Part shown: positions 48,574 through 58,575 of the stretch, in pieces
How positions within the stretch are numbered: position 1 is the stretch's first letter
How the letters are laid out: each line of letters begins with the position of its first letter
Assembly (NCBI GenBank): GCA_963814415.1
Contig: CAWFCN010000001.1
Span: forward strand, 129,604-193,603
DNA from: an uncultured Actinomycetes bacterium
GTDB lineage: Bacteria; Actinomycetota; Thermoleophilia; RBG-16-64-13
Direction of reading: 5' to 3'
DNA: 64,000 bases
The notes under the pieces: generated by a model
What the model saw: the letters and a program-made list of their open reading frames with translations, nothing else
The model's database searches: none
What the model was told of the DNA's origin: nothing
Program-made: the position numbers and the translations under genes

Positions 48574-50235
48574 GTGAACAAGCGAACCCTCAGAGTGATC
48601 GCACTTGGCGGATTGGGCGCCATAGGCAAGAACATGATGGTCTTGGAGTACGACGGTGCGCTCCTGGTAGTCGACGCAGGCCTCATGTTCCCCGACGATG
48701 AGATGCTGGGCATCGATCTGGTGCTTCCCGATTTCTCCTACATCGTCGAGAACCGCGAGCGCGTGCTCGGCATCTTGCTCACGCATGGACACGAAGACCA
48801 CATAGGGGCGCTGCCGTATCTGCTCAAGCAGATGGAAGTGCCCGTCTATGGGACCAGGCTGACCTTGGCCCTGGTGAACTCCAAACTTGGAGAACATGGT
48901 CTGCAAGGTAAGGTCAAGCTTAACGAAGTGACCACCGAGAAGGAGCTCTCACTGGGGCCCTTCAAGGTCGAGTTCCTCGAGGTATCACACAGCATCCCCG
49001 ATGGCGTGGCCTTGGGCATTCACACGCCTGTGGGAGTCGTGGTCCACACCGGCGACTTCAAGTTGGACCAGACTCCGGTAGATCAAAGGCCCACCGCGAT
49101 GCAGCGTTTCGCCGAGCTCGGACGCAAAGGTGTCATTCTGCTGATGTCGGACAGCACCAATGCGGACTCCCCAGGGTTCACAGCACCGGAGCGCGGTGTC
49201 GGACAGCGGTTGGACAGCATATTCGCTCTGGCTCCCGGCCGGATCATAGTCGCTTCTTTCGCCAGTCACATCCATCGTATTCAGCAGGTCATGGACACGG
49301 CGGCGCGGCATGGCCGTTCGATGGCCATCATCGGGCGGAGCATGGTCAAGAATGTCAACATCGCCCAGAACCTGGGCTATCTGAAAGTCCCGGATGGGCT
49401 GTTGATCCGTCCGCAGGACATCGCGCTGCTGCCCTCCGACCGGGTGACCGTGCTCTGCACGGGTAGCCAAGGAGAGCCCTTGTCGGCATTGGCGCGCATG
49501 GCGGCACATGAGAACCCCGCCGTGGAGATCATGAAGGGCGACACCGTCATCATCTCGGCGCGCCCGGTGCCTGGAAACGAGACCAGCGTGAACAGGACCA
49601 TCGACAGGCTGTTCGCTGCTGGGGCGCGCGTGATCTACGAATCGTCCGCCGGCGTTCACGTATCGGGTCATGCGGCCGCCGAGGAGCTGAAGGTGATGCT
49701 CAACCTTGTGCGGCCCAAGTACTTCATGCCCATACACGGCGAGCACCGGCATCTGTACTTCCATGCTGAGTTGGCCCGTGCGACGGGCATCGCGGATGAG
49801 AACATCTTTCTGCTGGAGAACGGCGACATCCTGGAATTGGGCGCGGCCGGTGCCGCGGTGTCGGGCAAGGTGCAGGCCGGCATGATCCTGGTAGACGGAT
49901 TTGCCATGGGAGACTTCAGGGATCTTGTTCTACGCGACCGGCAGCATCTAGCCAGTGACGGGCTCGTCATGGTGGTCGTCGCCAGGAGTGCGCAGGACGG
50001 TAAGATCATGGGCGAGCCGGAGATCATCTTCAGAGGCATCGCTCACGCCGACGATCCTGAGGAGTTGAGCTCCGCTGCAAAGAAGGTTGTCCTAGACCTT
50101 CTGGAGAGCGACGAGATGCGGCATGTCGCTGATGTGGGCGTGGTCAGGAGCCGGGTACACGACGTACTACAGAAGTACCTAAGGCAAGAGGCCAACCGCC
50201 GGCCCATGGTCTTGCCGGTGGTCGTAGAAGTCTAG
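48574..50235 (+). CDS. rnj: Ribonuclease J
   Basis: A metallo-beta-lactamase domain (HGHEDHIG), a beta-CASP domain and the RNase J C-terminal domain are present. Start GTG 48574 (VNKRTLRVIALGGLGAIGKN) fits the family. The ORF track starts at 48463. Confidence 0.9.
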   Translation: MNKRTLRVIALGGLGAIGKNMMVLEYDGALLVVDAGLMFPDDEMLGIDLVLPDFSYIVENRERVLGILLTHGHEDHIGALPYLLKQMEVPVYGTRLTLALVNSKLGEHGLQGKVKLNEVTTEKELSLGPFKVEFLEVSHSIPDGVALGIHTPVGVVVHTGDFKLDQTPVDQRPTAMQRFAELGRKGVILLMSDSTNADSPGFTAPERGVGQRLDSIFALAPGRIIVASFASHIHRIQQVMDTAARHGRSMAIIGRSMVKNVNIAQNLGYLKVPDGLLIRPQDIALLPSDRVTVLCTGSQGEPLSALARMAAHENPAVEIMKGDTVIISARPVPGNETSVNRTIDRLFAAGARVIYESSAGVHVSGHAAAEELKVMLNLVRPKYFMPIHGEHRHLYFHAELARATGIADENIFLLENGDILELGAAGAAVSGKVQAGMILVDGFAMGDFRDLVLRDRQHLASDGLVMVVVARSAQDGKIMGEPEIIFRGIAHADDPEELSSAAKKVVLDLLESDEMRHVADVGVVRSRVHDVLQKYLRQEANRRPMVLPVVVEV

Positions 50236-50252
50236 GCCCCCGGGGGACGAAG

Positions 50253-52928
50253 ATGGCCGCGCAACCGAGCCGCTCGAAGGGGCGGAAGCCAACCAAGACG
50301 CAGCGGACTGTTGTCCGCAAAGCCCCGCCCCGTAGCCCTAACTCTGGTCGGGCTACGCCCCGGAAGCCTGAGCGGCCAGGGGGTGAGTTCGGCGCTTTGG
50401 CGGAGCACAAGCGCGAGATCATCGCTTTAGTCCTTGTGGGAGTGGCCGTGTTCTTGCTGGTAGCTCTGTTCGCCGGACAGGCTGCCGGAGCAGGGGGGCG
50501 GGGGGTCAGGACCGGCTTGGTGTTCGCTTTCGGCCGGCTCGCTATTCTGGTGCCGCTCACACTCCTAGCTGTTGCCGCCACAATGGTGCTCAGAAGGAGA
50601 TTCTGGAGCACTTATCGCTTTGCCGGCGTGGCGGTCCTTCTTGTGGGACTGTTCGTGCTGGTGGCCGCGGGCGGACCGCCGTTTGCCTCGCACGAGGCGG
50701 ACACCTTCGTTCGCGCCGAGTTCGAGACGAGGGCCGGAGGGCTGGGGGAGTCGCTCTACGCCGGCCTTCACCGGGGCATCGGCACTGTGGGGGTAGGCAT
50801 AGTCGGCTGGTTGGCGGGCTTTGCCGGGCTGATACTGGCCACGGGCATCACCGGGGTCTGGGTGGCCTCCAGGACTCGACGAGTGGCCGATGCCGTCAAA
50901 CGGAGTGCCGAGCGTAGCGCCCTGGCAGTCGAAGACCGGGAGCGCGAGCGCGAGCTCAGATTCGGGGAAGAGGACGTGTTGGCCGGTGCTTCGTGGCCGG
51001 CAGCAAAGGGTTGGACTGCTGAGCAACGGCCCGCCGAGCGGCCGCATGTGCACCTTGGTCCCGTGGACCTGGTCGAACAGGCCACGGCAGCGGGCGCGAC
51101 TTCCTCACCTGACGGACCGCATGGGGTGTTCGGTGACGGCTTCGAGGAGTGGGCGCTCCCGCGAGGAGGTGCCATCGCCGGCCACGAGGACGGCGACACT
51201 GTGCCCGCTGAGCCCAGACAAGGAGTGTTGGACGGCGAGCAGGCGTTCGCGGACCTCTACCAAGCATCCGATCTCTCGAAGGTCCCGGCAGGTCGGCTTG
51301 TGGCGCTGCCCGGCCGACGGGCCGATCCCGATGACGTGACAGCCGAGACGGTCGAGGTTCCCAAAGCGCTTCTCGAGGTTACTGGGGACGGCGAATCACA
51401 GCAAGAGCCCTTGCCTGGTCTGGCGCGGGCGCCCCGTCAGATCGAATTGGCAGTCGACCAACCGGCGTACCTCTTGCCGGAGGCCGCGGTGCTTCGCAAG
51501 AGCACCCCCGCTGCCGCGAGCAAAGGTGCCAGCGAGCAAGATGTGGCCCGGGTGCTGATAGAGGCACTGTCGCAGTTCGGGGTGGAGGCTCGGGTGATAG
51601 GCATGGTGGTCGGGCCTCGGGTGACCAGGTACGAGCTTCAACTTGCGCCCGGGACAAAGGTCGGCAAGGTGTCAGGGCTCCGAGATGACCTCGCCTATGC
51701 CCTTGCCAGTACCGAGATACGCATCCTGGCGCCCATACCCGGCAAGTCGGCGGTGGGCGTAGAAGTGCCCAATCAGCGGCCGGACTTCGTGACCTTGGGT
51801 GATATCTATAGAGAGTTCCCGAAGTCCTCCGGGCCGCTCATGGTCTGGCTGGGCAAGGACATATCGGGTAAGGCGGTGTACGCCGATCTGACGAAGTTGC
51901 CGCATCTGCTCATCGCGGGCACCACCGGGTCGGGCAAGAGCGGTTGTGTCAACTGTTTGGTGTCCTCGGTGTTGTTGCGCAGCACCCCGGAGCAAGTCCG
52001 GATGATCATGATCGACCCCAAGAAGGTCGAGTTGTCTCACTACGACCGTATTCCCCACCTTCTGGTACCCGTAGTCACCAACATGAAGGATGCGGCCGGT
52101 GTGCTCCACAATGTGGTGAAGGAGATGGAATCGCGGTACGAATTGCTGGAGCTGGACCATGCTCGCAGTCTCTCGGAGGCCAACAAGGCGCGGGCCCGCA
52201 GGGGCGAGGCCTTGCTGCCGTATATCGTTATAGTCATAGACGAGTTGGCCGACCTCATGATGACTTCACCGCAGGAGGTCGAAGACTACGTTATCAGGTT
52301 GGCTCAGAAGTCCAGGGCAGTGGGCATCCACCTGGTGGTGGCGACCCAGAGGCCTTCGGCAGACGTGATCACGGGCATGATCAAGGCCAACATCCCTTCT
52401 CGCATAGCTTTCGCTGTCTCAAGCCAGACAGACTCCCGGGTCATCTTGGATGTGAACGGAGCCGAGACGTTGCTGGGCATGGGCGACATGCTTTTCAAGC
52501 CTCTGGGCTCCAGTCATCTGCAGCGAGTCCAAGGGGCATTCATCACAGAAGAGGAGATAGCCTCCTTGGTGAACCACTGGCGCCATCAGGCTGAGCCGGA
52601 GTTCCGAGAGGAACTACTGCGCAGACCGGTGGAGGCCAAGAAGAGTGAAGAGGACGGCTTCGACCCAGACTCGGACGATCTGTTGACCGATGCCGCTGAA
52701 TTAGTAGTACAAACGGGCAATGCTTCGGTCTCCATGCTGCAGCGCCGGCTGCGGGTAGGCTATACGCGCGCCGGCAGATTGATAGACATGTTGGAGCGGC
52801 GGGGGATAGTCGGGCCTTGGGAGGGCAGCAAGCCCAGGCAGATACTCATCAGCAAGGACGAGTTGGAGATCGCGCTGACCGCCATGAGGGTGGATACCCC
52901 GTCCGGCAGCGGGGGTGCCTCAGACTGA
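50253..52928 (+). CDS. ftsK: DNA translocase FtsK/SpoIIIE
   Basis: N-terminal TM segments and a linker are followed by a motor domain (Walker A GTTGSGKS) and a C-terminal gamma winged-helix domain. Confidence 0.9.
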   Translation: MAAQPSRSKGRKPTKTQRTVVRKAPPRSPNSGRATPRKPERPGGEFGALAEHKREIIALVLVGVAVFLLVALFAGQAAGAGGRGVRTGLVFAFGRLAILVPLTLLAVAATMVLRRRFWSTYRFAGVAVLLVGLFVLVAAGGPPFASHEADTFVRAEFETRAGGLGESLYAGLHRGIGTVGVGIVGWLAGFAGLILATGITGVWVASRTRRVADAVKRSAERSALAVEDRERERELRFGEEDVLAGASWPAAKGWTAEQRPAERPHVHLGPVDLVEQATAAGATSSPDGPHGVFGDGFEEWALPRGGAIAGHEDGDTVPAEPRQGVLDGEQAFADLYQASDLSKVPAGRLVALPGRRADPDDVTAETVEVPKALLEVTGDGESQQEPLPGLARAPRQIELAVDQPAYLLPEAAVLRKSTPAAASKGASEQDVARVLIEALSQFGVEARVIGMVVGPRVTRYELQLAPGTKVGKVSGLRDDLAYALASTEIRILAPIPGKSAVGVEVPNQRPDFVTLGDIYREFPKSSGPLMVWLGKDISGKAVYADLTKLPHLLIAGTTGSGKSGCVNCLVSSVLLRSTPEQVRMIMIDPKKVELSHYDRIPHLLVPVVTNMKDAAGVLHNVVKEMESRYELLELDHARSLSEANKARARRGEALLPYIVIVIDELADLMMTSPQEVEDYVIRLAQKSRAVGIHLVVATQRPSADVITGMIKANIPSRIAFAVSSQTDSRVILDVNGAETLLGMGDMLFKPLGSSHLQRVQGAFITEEEIASLVNHWRHQAEPEFREELLRRPVEAKKSEEDGFDPDSDDLLTDAAELVVQTGNASVSMLQRRLRVGYTRAGRLIDMLERRGIVGPWEGSKPRQILISKDELEIALTAMRVDTPSGSGGASD

Positions 52929-53026
52929 CCGCCTTGCTGCGGGTTGCGGGCGATGGTAGATTAGCCCCCGTCGTTCGGGGCTGCCTGAAATAGCACACCT
53001 GACTCGAGAGGTGCCTTCGATTCCCA

Positions 53027-53812
53027 ATGGCTGAGATAGGTAGCATATTGCGAGAGGCCCGTATACGCCTGGGCTTCAGCCTCAAACAGGTCTCAGAGAT
53101 AACAAAGGTACGAGTCAAGTACCTCGAGGCTTTGGAGCAGAACGACTTCGGGGCCATTCCGGGGCCCACCTTCATCAAGGCTTATCTGAGGACGTACGCG
53201 TCGGTGCTCCGTCTTGACGCTGACGGTCTGGTGGAAGAATACCGAAGCACCTACGAGCGTCGCCGATCTACGCAGAGCGAGTACTACGACCTCACACTGG
53301 AGCAGATGCGCAGCCGCACCATGAAGGGGCGCCGGAAGAGGCCCGTGCGTAACACCCGCCGGGGCTACACACTTATGGGTGTCTTGGCAGTAGTCGCGGT
53401 GGTGCTGCTTGCGTACTTCGGCTCCGGTCGTGGAGGCGGCGAGCCGATCCTCGACCCGACCAAACTCGGGGGTAGCACCACCCTCTTGACGGGCTCTAGT
53501 ACCACGCTGGCCGGGGTAGCCACGACCACGACGTCTGAGGCGGTCTACACAGGCGGCGACGTACTCCTGCGCATAGTGGCAACGGGAGACTGCGCCCTGG
53601 TGATCAAGGAGATGGACCGCAACGGGACCATCGTATTTCAGGATGTGCTCAGGGCCGGTGACGAGGAGACGGTTCAGGGGGCGAAACGCTACTGGGTCAC
53701 CATCGGAACTCCCAGTGCGATCCAGATCTTCATCAACGAGCGTCTGTTCGAATCGCCGAAAGACGCGGGCATGTACTACGTCACGGAGACGCAGGTAGTC
53801 TCCGCTCAGTAG
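53027..53812 (+). CDS. RodZ-like membrane protein (XRE-type HTH + TM segment + DUF4115)
   Basis: An N-terminal HTH (LREARIRLGFSLKQVSEITKVRVKYLEALE) is followed by a basic region, one TM segment (LMGVLAVVAVVLLAY), a Thr/Gly-rich linker and a C-terminal DUF4115-like beta domain. Confidence 0.7.
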   Translation: MAEIGSILREARIRLGFSLKQVSEITKVRVKYLEALEQNDFGAIPGPTFIKAYLRTYASVLRLDADGLVEEYRSTYERRRSTQSEYYDLTLEQMRSRTMKGRRKRPVRNTRRGYTLMGVLAVVAVVLLAYFGSGRGGGEPILDPTKLGGSTTLLTGSSTTLAGVATTTTSEAVYTGGDVLLRIVATGDCALVIKEMDRNGTIVFQDVLRAGDEETVQGAKRYWVTIGTPSAIQIFINERLFESPKDAGMYYVTETQVVSAQ

Positions 53813-53813
53813 T

Positions 53814-55139
53814 ATGCGTTCCGCTGGCCCTTCCACTGCGCGCGTCTACTTTCATACTCTCGGTTGCCCAAAGAACGACGCGGACAGCCGGGCACTTGGC
53901 AGGAGGCTGGCGGGGGCGGGGGCCAGCATTGTGTGCGAGCCCACGGACGCGACCCACATCGTGGTCAACACATGCGGTTTCATCCAGGACGCCAAAGAAG
54001 AGTCGATAGAAGCGATTCTGAGCATTCTCTCGGACTACCAGGACAAGCGGGTACTGGTGATTGGTTGCCTGGTGGAACGCTATCGAGACGAACTGGCCAA
54101 AGGTATCCCTGAAGTGGCCGACTGGTTCGGTGTCATCGGCGACGACATGAGCCGACGGTTGCTGGGGGCCATCTCCGGAGTAGAGCAGGCGCCGAAGGCA
54201 GTGGCTGCGACTTATGCCGTCAGAGCGCAGTCGTACGCGTATCTCAAGATCTCTGATGGCTGTGACGAAGGCTGCACCTTCTGCGCCATCCCCGGCTTCA
54301 AGGGCGGTTATGAGTCGGTGCCCACCGCCGAGATACTGCGCGAAGCGAACGCCTGTGTGGGAGAGGGAGCCAGGGAACTGGTGCTCGTGGGTCAGGAGAC
54401 CACGCGATGGCAGAGCGACGGGCTCGATCTGCGAGGTCTCATCGACTTGCTGGGGGAGGACGAGAGAGTCAGGCGCATAAGGGTCATGTATCTGCAGCCA
54501 GCGAGGGTGACCGACTCGTTCTTGGAGTTCATGGCGGGTCACAGCAAGCTATGCCGCTACTTGGACGTTCCGTTCCAGCATTCGCACGAGCAGATGCTTG
54601 ACAAAATGGGGCGGCGAGGCAACGCGGAATCCTATGCCGCGCTTCTGAGGAGAGCCAGGGAGCTGATGCCGGACGTGGCCCTTCGGTCGACCTTCATAGT
54701 CGGCTTCCCTGGAGAGAGTCAGCACCACTTTGAGGCCTTGATGGACTTCGTAACGCACGCGCGGTTTGATTACGGGGGTGCGTTCATATACAGTCCTGAG
54801 GAGGGGACTGAAGCTGCGACCCTCCGGCCCTTGGTTAGGCCGGCGGTCGCTCGGAGGCGACTAAACCTTCTGACTGAGGCCATTCTGGAGATCGGAGCGT
54901 CCGAGCGTGGGCGGATGCTTGAAACGGAAGTGGAAGTCATGATCGACACGGTCGGTGAAGACGAGATGGTCGACGGTTGCTGTGCGATCGGCCGCACGTG
55001 CGGTCAGGCCCCGGAAGTCGACGGCGTGACGTACCTGAGGGGCACTGTGCGCCCTGACCTGAGGCCCGGAGACGTGGTGCCTGTGAGGATAAGCGAGATC
55101 ATCGGCTGCGACATGGTGGGGGCTGTCTGTGCGTCCTAA
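53814..55139 (+). CDS. rimO: Ribosomal protein S12 methylthiotransferase RimO
   Basis: A MiaB-like MTTase N-domain (YFHTLGCPKND), a radical SAM CxxxCxxC motif (CDEGCTFC) and a C-terminal TRAM domain are present. It is distinct from the miaB copy at 60168. Confidence 0.8.
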   Translation: MRSAGPSTARVYFHTLGCPKNDADSRALGRRLAGAGASIVCEPTDATHIVVNTCGFIQDAKEESIEAILSILSDYQDKRVLVIGCLVERYRDELAKGIPEVADWFGVIGDDMSRRLLGAISGVEQAPKAVAATYAVRAQSYAYLKISDGCDEGCTFCAIPGFKGGYESVPTAEILREANACVGEGARELVLVGQETTRWQSDGLDLRGLIDLLGEDERVRRIRVMYLQPARVTDSFLEFMAGHSKLCRYLDVPFQHSHEQMLDKMGRRGNAESYAALLRRARELMPDVALRSTFIVGFPGESQHHFEALMDFVTHARFDYGGAFIYSPEEGTEAATLRPLVRPAVARRRLNLLTEAILEIGASERGRMLETEVEVMIDTVGEDEMVDGCCAIGRTCGQAPEVDGVTYLRGTVRPDLRPGDVVPVRISEIIGCDMVGAVCAS

Positions 55140-55728
55140 TCTGCCGAACAGCATCACCCTCTTCAGGGTAGCAATGGTGCCCGTGTTCATGGTGTTCTTG
55201 CTGGCCGATGTTCCAGGTCGATACGTAGTGGGCCTGGCGGTCTTTGTCGTGGCGGCAGTAAGCGACTGGTTCGACGGGTATTTCGCCCGCAAGCGCGGAG
55301 AGACCTCGGTGCTGGGCGCCTTCCTTGACCCGTTGGCCGACAAGCTTCTGGTGACGGCTGCGCTGGTCTCGCTGGTTGAGTTGGGTGAACTGTCCGCCTG
55401 GGCTGCTATGGTTGTCATAGCCCGTGAGCTGGCGGTCACAGGGCTCAGGATGGTAGCGGCTGCGCGGAACGTGGTCATCTCGGCCAGCGGCTGGGGGAAG
55501 ATCAAGACCGCCGGCCAGATGGGGGTCATCGTGGCCCTTATTGTGGAGGTCTGGCTCTCTGACCAGTGGATGTTGGGGGGGTATCGGGTGAGGTCGTATT
55601 TGGTCATCGTGATGCTGGTCGTCACTGTGGTCAGCGGAGTGCTGTACTTCGTGCACGCCTTCCGACAGCCCGGACTTCTGGTTGTCACTGAGGACAAGCG
55701 GTTGTTGGACCGGTCGAAGAAGGAGTAG
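55129..55728 (+). CDS. pgsA: CDP-diacylglycerol--glycerol-3-phosphate 3-phosphatidyltransferase
   Basis: The CDP-alcohol phosphatidyltransferase motif DWFDGYFARKRGETSVLGAFLDPLADK is present. Confidence 0.9.
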   Translation: MRPNLPNSITLFRVAMVPVFMVFLLADVPGRYVVGLAVFVVAAVSDWFDGYFARKRGETSVLGAFLDPLADKLLVTAALVSLVELGELSAWAAMVVIARELAVTGLRMVAAARNVVISASGWGKIKTAGQMGVIVALIVEVWLSDQWMLGGYRVRSYLVIVMLVVTVVSGVLYFVHAFRQPGLLVVTEDKRLLDRSKKE

Positions 55729-55731
55729 TCC

Positions 55732-56313
55732 GTGGGCACGGCAGGCGAGCGGACCTTCAGGTTGTTCGTGGCCGTACCTTTGCCGCCGACTGTGTTGTCC
55801 TTTGTGGTGAACGCGCAGGGCTTGCTGCCTCCGGCTCGAGGTATCCGTCTGGTCGACAGGGCACAATTGCACTGCACCCTGGCATTCATCGGAGAGGCGA
55901 ACTCACGCGGGCTTGAGCTAGCGAAGGAGGTTGTGGCGGGGCTGCCGGGGGACTGTGGGGGTGAGGCGGCGCTGGATGGGTTCTTGCTGCTGCCGAGTCC
56001 GCGGCGGGCACGTGTCGTGGCTCTCGCTATGCATGACGATCAGAGTGTAGTGGCCCGGCTGTTCGAGATGGTTATGCAGGGTCTGGAGGCCACGGGTGTG
56101 ATGCAGCGGGAGAAGCGGCCGTTCCGTGCGCATGTGACCATCGCACGCCTGGGTGTTCCGGGTCCGGTGCAACCAACGTCGGACTGCGGAAGGGTCGTGT
56201 TTGGGGTAGAGTCGGTATGTCTGTTTGAGAGTGAATTGCGTCGAGAAGGCGCCGTTCACACCGTGCTGGTGAGAAGAGATCTGCAGGGGGCCCGCGGCCC
56301 GGAGAAGGCATAG
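55732..56313 (+). CDS. thpR: RNA 2',3'-cyclic phosphodiesterase (2H phosphoesterase, ThpR/LigT family)
   Basis: Two HxT motifs are present (LHCTLAFIG and AHVTIARL). Length is ~190 aa. Confidence 0.8.
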   Translation: MGTAGERTFRLFVAVPLPPTVLSFVVNAQGLLPPARGIRLVDRAQLHCTLAFIGEANSRGLELAKEVVAGLPGDCGGEAALDGFLLLPSPRRARVVALAMHDDQSVVARLFEMVMQGLEATGVMQREKRPFRAHVTIARLGVPGPVQPTSDCGRVVFGVESVCLFESELRREGAVHTVLVRRDLQGARGPEKA

Positions 56314-56321
56314 GAGGAGTA

Positions 56322-57431
56322 GTGGAAAAGGACAAGGCGCTGGAGATGGCCGTTTTGCAGATCGAACGGCAGTACGGGAAAGGTTCCATCATGAGACTCG
56401 GTGACGATGCGGCGGCGTTGCGTGTGCCCGCCATATCGACCGGCTCCCTGGCGCTTGATCTGGCCCTGGGTGTCGGCGGGGTACCGCGTGGTCGTGTGGT
56501 CGAAGTGTTCGGGCCAGAGTCGAGTGGTAAAACGACCCTGGCTCTGCACATGATCGCTGAGGCTCAGAAGGTGGGCGGGAAGGCCGCTTTCATCGACGCG
56601 GAGCACGCCATGGATTCGGCATACGCCCGCCGGATCGGCGTCAACATCGACGAACTCCTGGTCTCGCAGCCGGACAACGGAGAGCAGGCCCTGGAGATCA
56701 CGGAGTTGCTCATCCGTAGTGGTGCGGTGGACATCGTGGTCATCGACTCGGTGGCCGCCCTTACACCGCGCGCGGAGCTAGAGGGAGAGATGGGTGACTC
56801 CCACGTGGGTTTGCAGGCTCGTCTCATGAGCCAAGCACTCCGAAAGCTCGCGGGTACCATCAGCAAGACCCAGACCTGCGCAGTGTTCATCAACCAGTTG
56901 CGGGAGAAGGTCGGCGTGATGTTCGGCAATCCGGAGGTCACTCCGGGCGGCCGCGCCCTTAAGTTCTATGCTTCTGTGAGGTTGGACATCAGACGTATCG
57001 AGACCCTCAAGGAGGGCACTGAGGCGGTTGGTAACAGGTGCCGAGTGCGGGTGGTAAAGAACAAGGTGGCACCGCCGTTCAAAGAGGCGGAGTTCGACAT
57101 CATGTACGGCCAGGGCATCTCCACCGAAGGTGACATCCTGGATCTGGGGGTGGACCGCAAGCTTATTCAGAAGAGCGGAGCCTGGTTCTCATACGGCGAC
57201 CAAAGACTTGGTCAAGGTCGGGAGAATGTCAGGCAGTTCCTGCGCGACAATCCAGAACTGGTTCAGCAGCTCCGGCGGACCATCCTGGAGGCGGCGACTG
57301 CCGAATGGAACGAGACCTCCGGTGGCAAGCCTCGACCTGAGGAGCCTGCGGGCCTGCCGGAGGAGCCGTCTGTGCCCAAGGAGGCAGAGACCGCAGAGGC
57401 GCAGACGCAGGGAGACGTCGCCGCGGAGTAG
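56322..57431 (+). CDS. recA: Recombinase RecA
   Basis: The near-invariant RecA sequence ([13 protein letters not shown], Walker B, L1/L2 loops) is present. A TAGGAGGAG RBS lies upstream. Start is GTG. Confidence 0.97.
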   Translation: MEKDKALEMAVLQIERQYGKGSIMRLGDDAAALRVPAISTGSLALDLALGVGGVPRGRVVEVFGPESSGKTTLALHMIAEAQKVGGKAAFIDAEHAMDSAYARRIGVNIDELLVSQPDNGEQALEITELLIRSGAVDIVVIDSVAALTPRAELEGEMGDSHVGLQARLMSQALRKLAGTISKTQTCAVFINQLREKVGVMFGNPEVTPGGRALKFYASVRLDIRRIETLKEGTEAVGNRCRVRVVKNKVAPPFKEAEFDIMYGQGISTEGDILDLGVDRKLIQKSGAWFSYGDQRLGQGRENVRQFLRDNPELVQQLRRTILEAATAEWNETSGGKPRPEEPAGLPEEPSVPKEAETAEAQTQGDVAAE

Positions 57432-58157
57432 GTGGTGGCAGGCAAGAAGACGCGCGCAGGATCTGCGTCGCCAGAGTTGCGGGGCGGCGTGATCACGTCG
57501 TTGGTGGCGAAAGGCGCCAACGGCGGCTGGATATCGGTGCATCTCGACGGGAGGTTCGCCTTCAAGGTAAGTGCAGCCGCCGCTGCGAGGGCCGATCTGC
57601 GCAAGGACGAGTATCTGAGCGAAGAGAGGCTACTGGAGCTGCTCAAAGAGGACGAGGGGGAGCGCGCGCGAGATGCCGCGCTGGGCATGCTCAGTCGTAG
57701 GGAGATGTGCGCGGCCGAGGTGGCGGGCAAGCTCGGGGCGATGGGCATCCCGGGGCATACAGTCGCAGAAACCGTCGCCTGGCTTCAGGAACTCGGGTAC
57801 GTGGACGACGGCCGCTTTGTGGCAGATTATGCCGGTGCCAAGCTCAAGGCCGGTTGGGGCAGGCGGCGCATCGCCGCGGAGCTTGCTCGCAAAGGTGTGG
57901 CCAGGGAGCTGACAGCGGGGGATGCGTGGGGCGAGCTTACTCAGAAGCCGGACGGCCCAGACGAGCTGCAACAGATCCTGGATCTGGTGAGGCGTCGCTT
58001 CGCCGGTCAGTTGAAGTCGGACCCCCAGGGGGCAGCTCACCGCATCAACGGCTTCCTGGCGCGGCGGGGCCATGACTGGGACACCATCTCCGCCGTGATG
58101 CGAGCGCTTCGTCAGGTTGGTGTGGACGCGGGCGAAGAAGACTGGCATCAGACGTGA
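57432..58157 (+). CDS. recX: Regulatory protein RecX
   Basis: It lies immediately downstream of recA. It has a three-helix repeat architecture with RecX-like basic residues. Confidence 0.8.
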   Translation: MVAGKKTRAGSASPELRGGVITSLVAKGANGGWISVHLDGRFAFKVSAAAAARADLRKDEYLSEERLLELLKEDEGERARDAALGMLSRREMCAAEVAGKLGAMGIPGHTVAETVAWLQELGYVDDGRFVADYAGAKLKAGWGRRRIAAELARKGVARELTAGDAWGELTQKPDGPDELQQILDLVRRRFAGQLKSDPQGAAHRINGFLARRGHDWDTISAVMRALRQVGVDAGEEDWHQT

Positions 58158-58230
58158 CGTCCATTGGCTCCGCTTGCTTAGGACTGAGGCGTCGCCGAGA
58201 GGACCTCGCGGCCTCGGGCGGCTTCCTTTC

Positions 58231-58260
58231 TTGACACCCTCCGCAAAACGCCTGTAAACT
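58231..58260 (+). promoter_or_regulatory. Putative sigma-70 promoter for rny (TTGACA-18-TAAACT)
   Basis: The sequence is TTGACAccctccgcaaaacgcctgTAAACT. It lies ~315 nt upstream of the rny start codon. Confidence 0.5.
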
Positions 58261-58474
58261 CGCCACGTGTGATGATCGGTCGACGACGGTTCTGTGCGAC
58301 CTTGCTGATGGCTTATTGTGGTGAGCGCGTTACCGGCAGGACTTGCTGTGACGTGAGCGCCAGAGACCTAGATGTTGGGGTAGATACCGTACAGCGGCCC
58401 GCCGCTTTGAGGGCGGAGAGCGCGTTGTTGGGGAGAGTCCCTAGTAAGGGCAAGGTGCGTTAGAGACGTTCATC

Positions 58475-58498
58475 GGCCGGGCGGTTGCTCGGCCTTTT
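58475..58498 (+). terminator. Intrinsic terminator-like hairpin inside the rny 5' leader (possible attenuator)
   Basis: The sequence is GGCCGGGC-ggtt-GCTCGGCC followed by TTTTCC. It lies ~80 nt upstream of the rny ATG. Upstream segments (CCCGCCGC...GGGCGG) could form alternative pairings. Confidence 0.45.
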
Positions 58499-58575
58499 CC
58501 TGGCGGACTGCTGCAGATCCTCACACTGGTGTCTTGAACACGCGGCGGATACCGCCCTTATGAAGTGGTGGGCCA

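Noticed and set aside
58269-58463. 64-aa ORF in the rny leader
   Set aside because: Codon usage is atypical (many A/T third positions) and it is Cys/Arg-rich with no homology. It is better explained as structured leader RNA.
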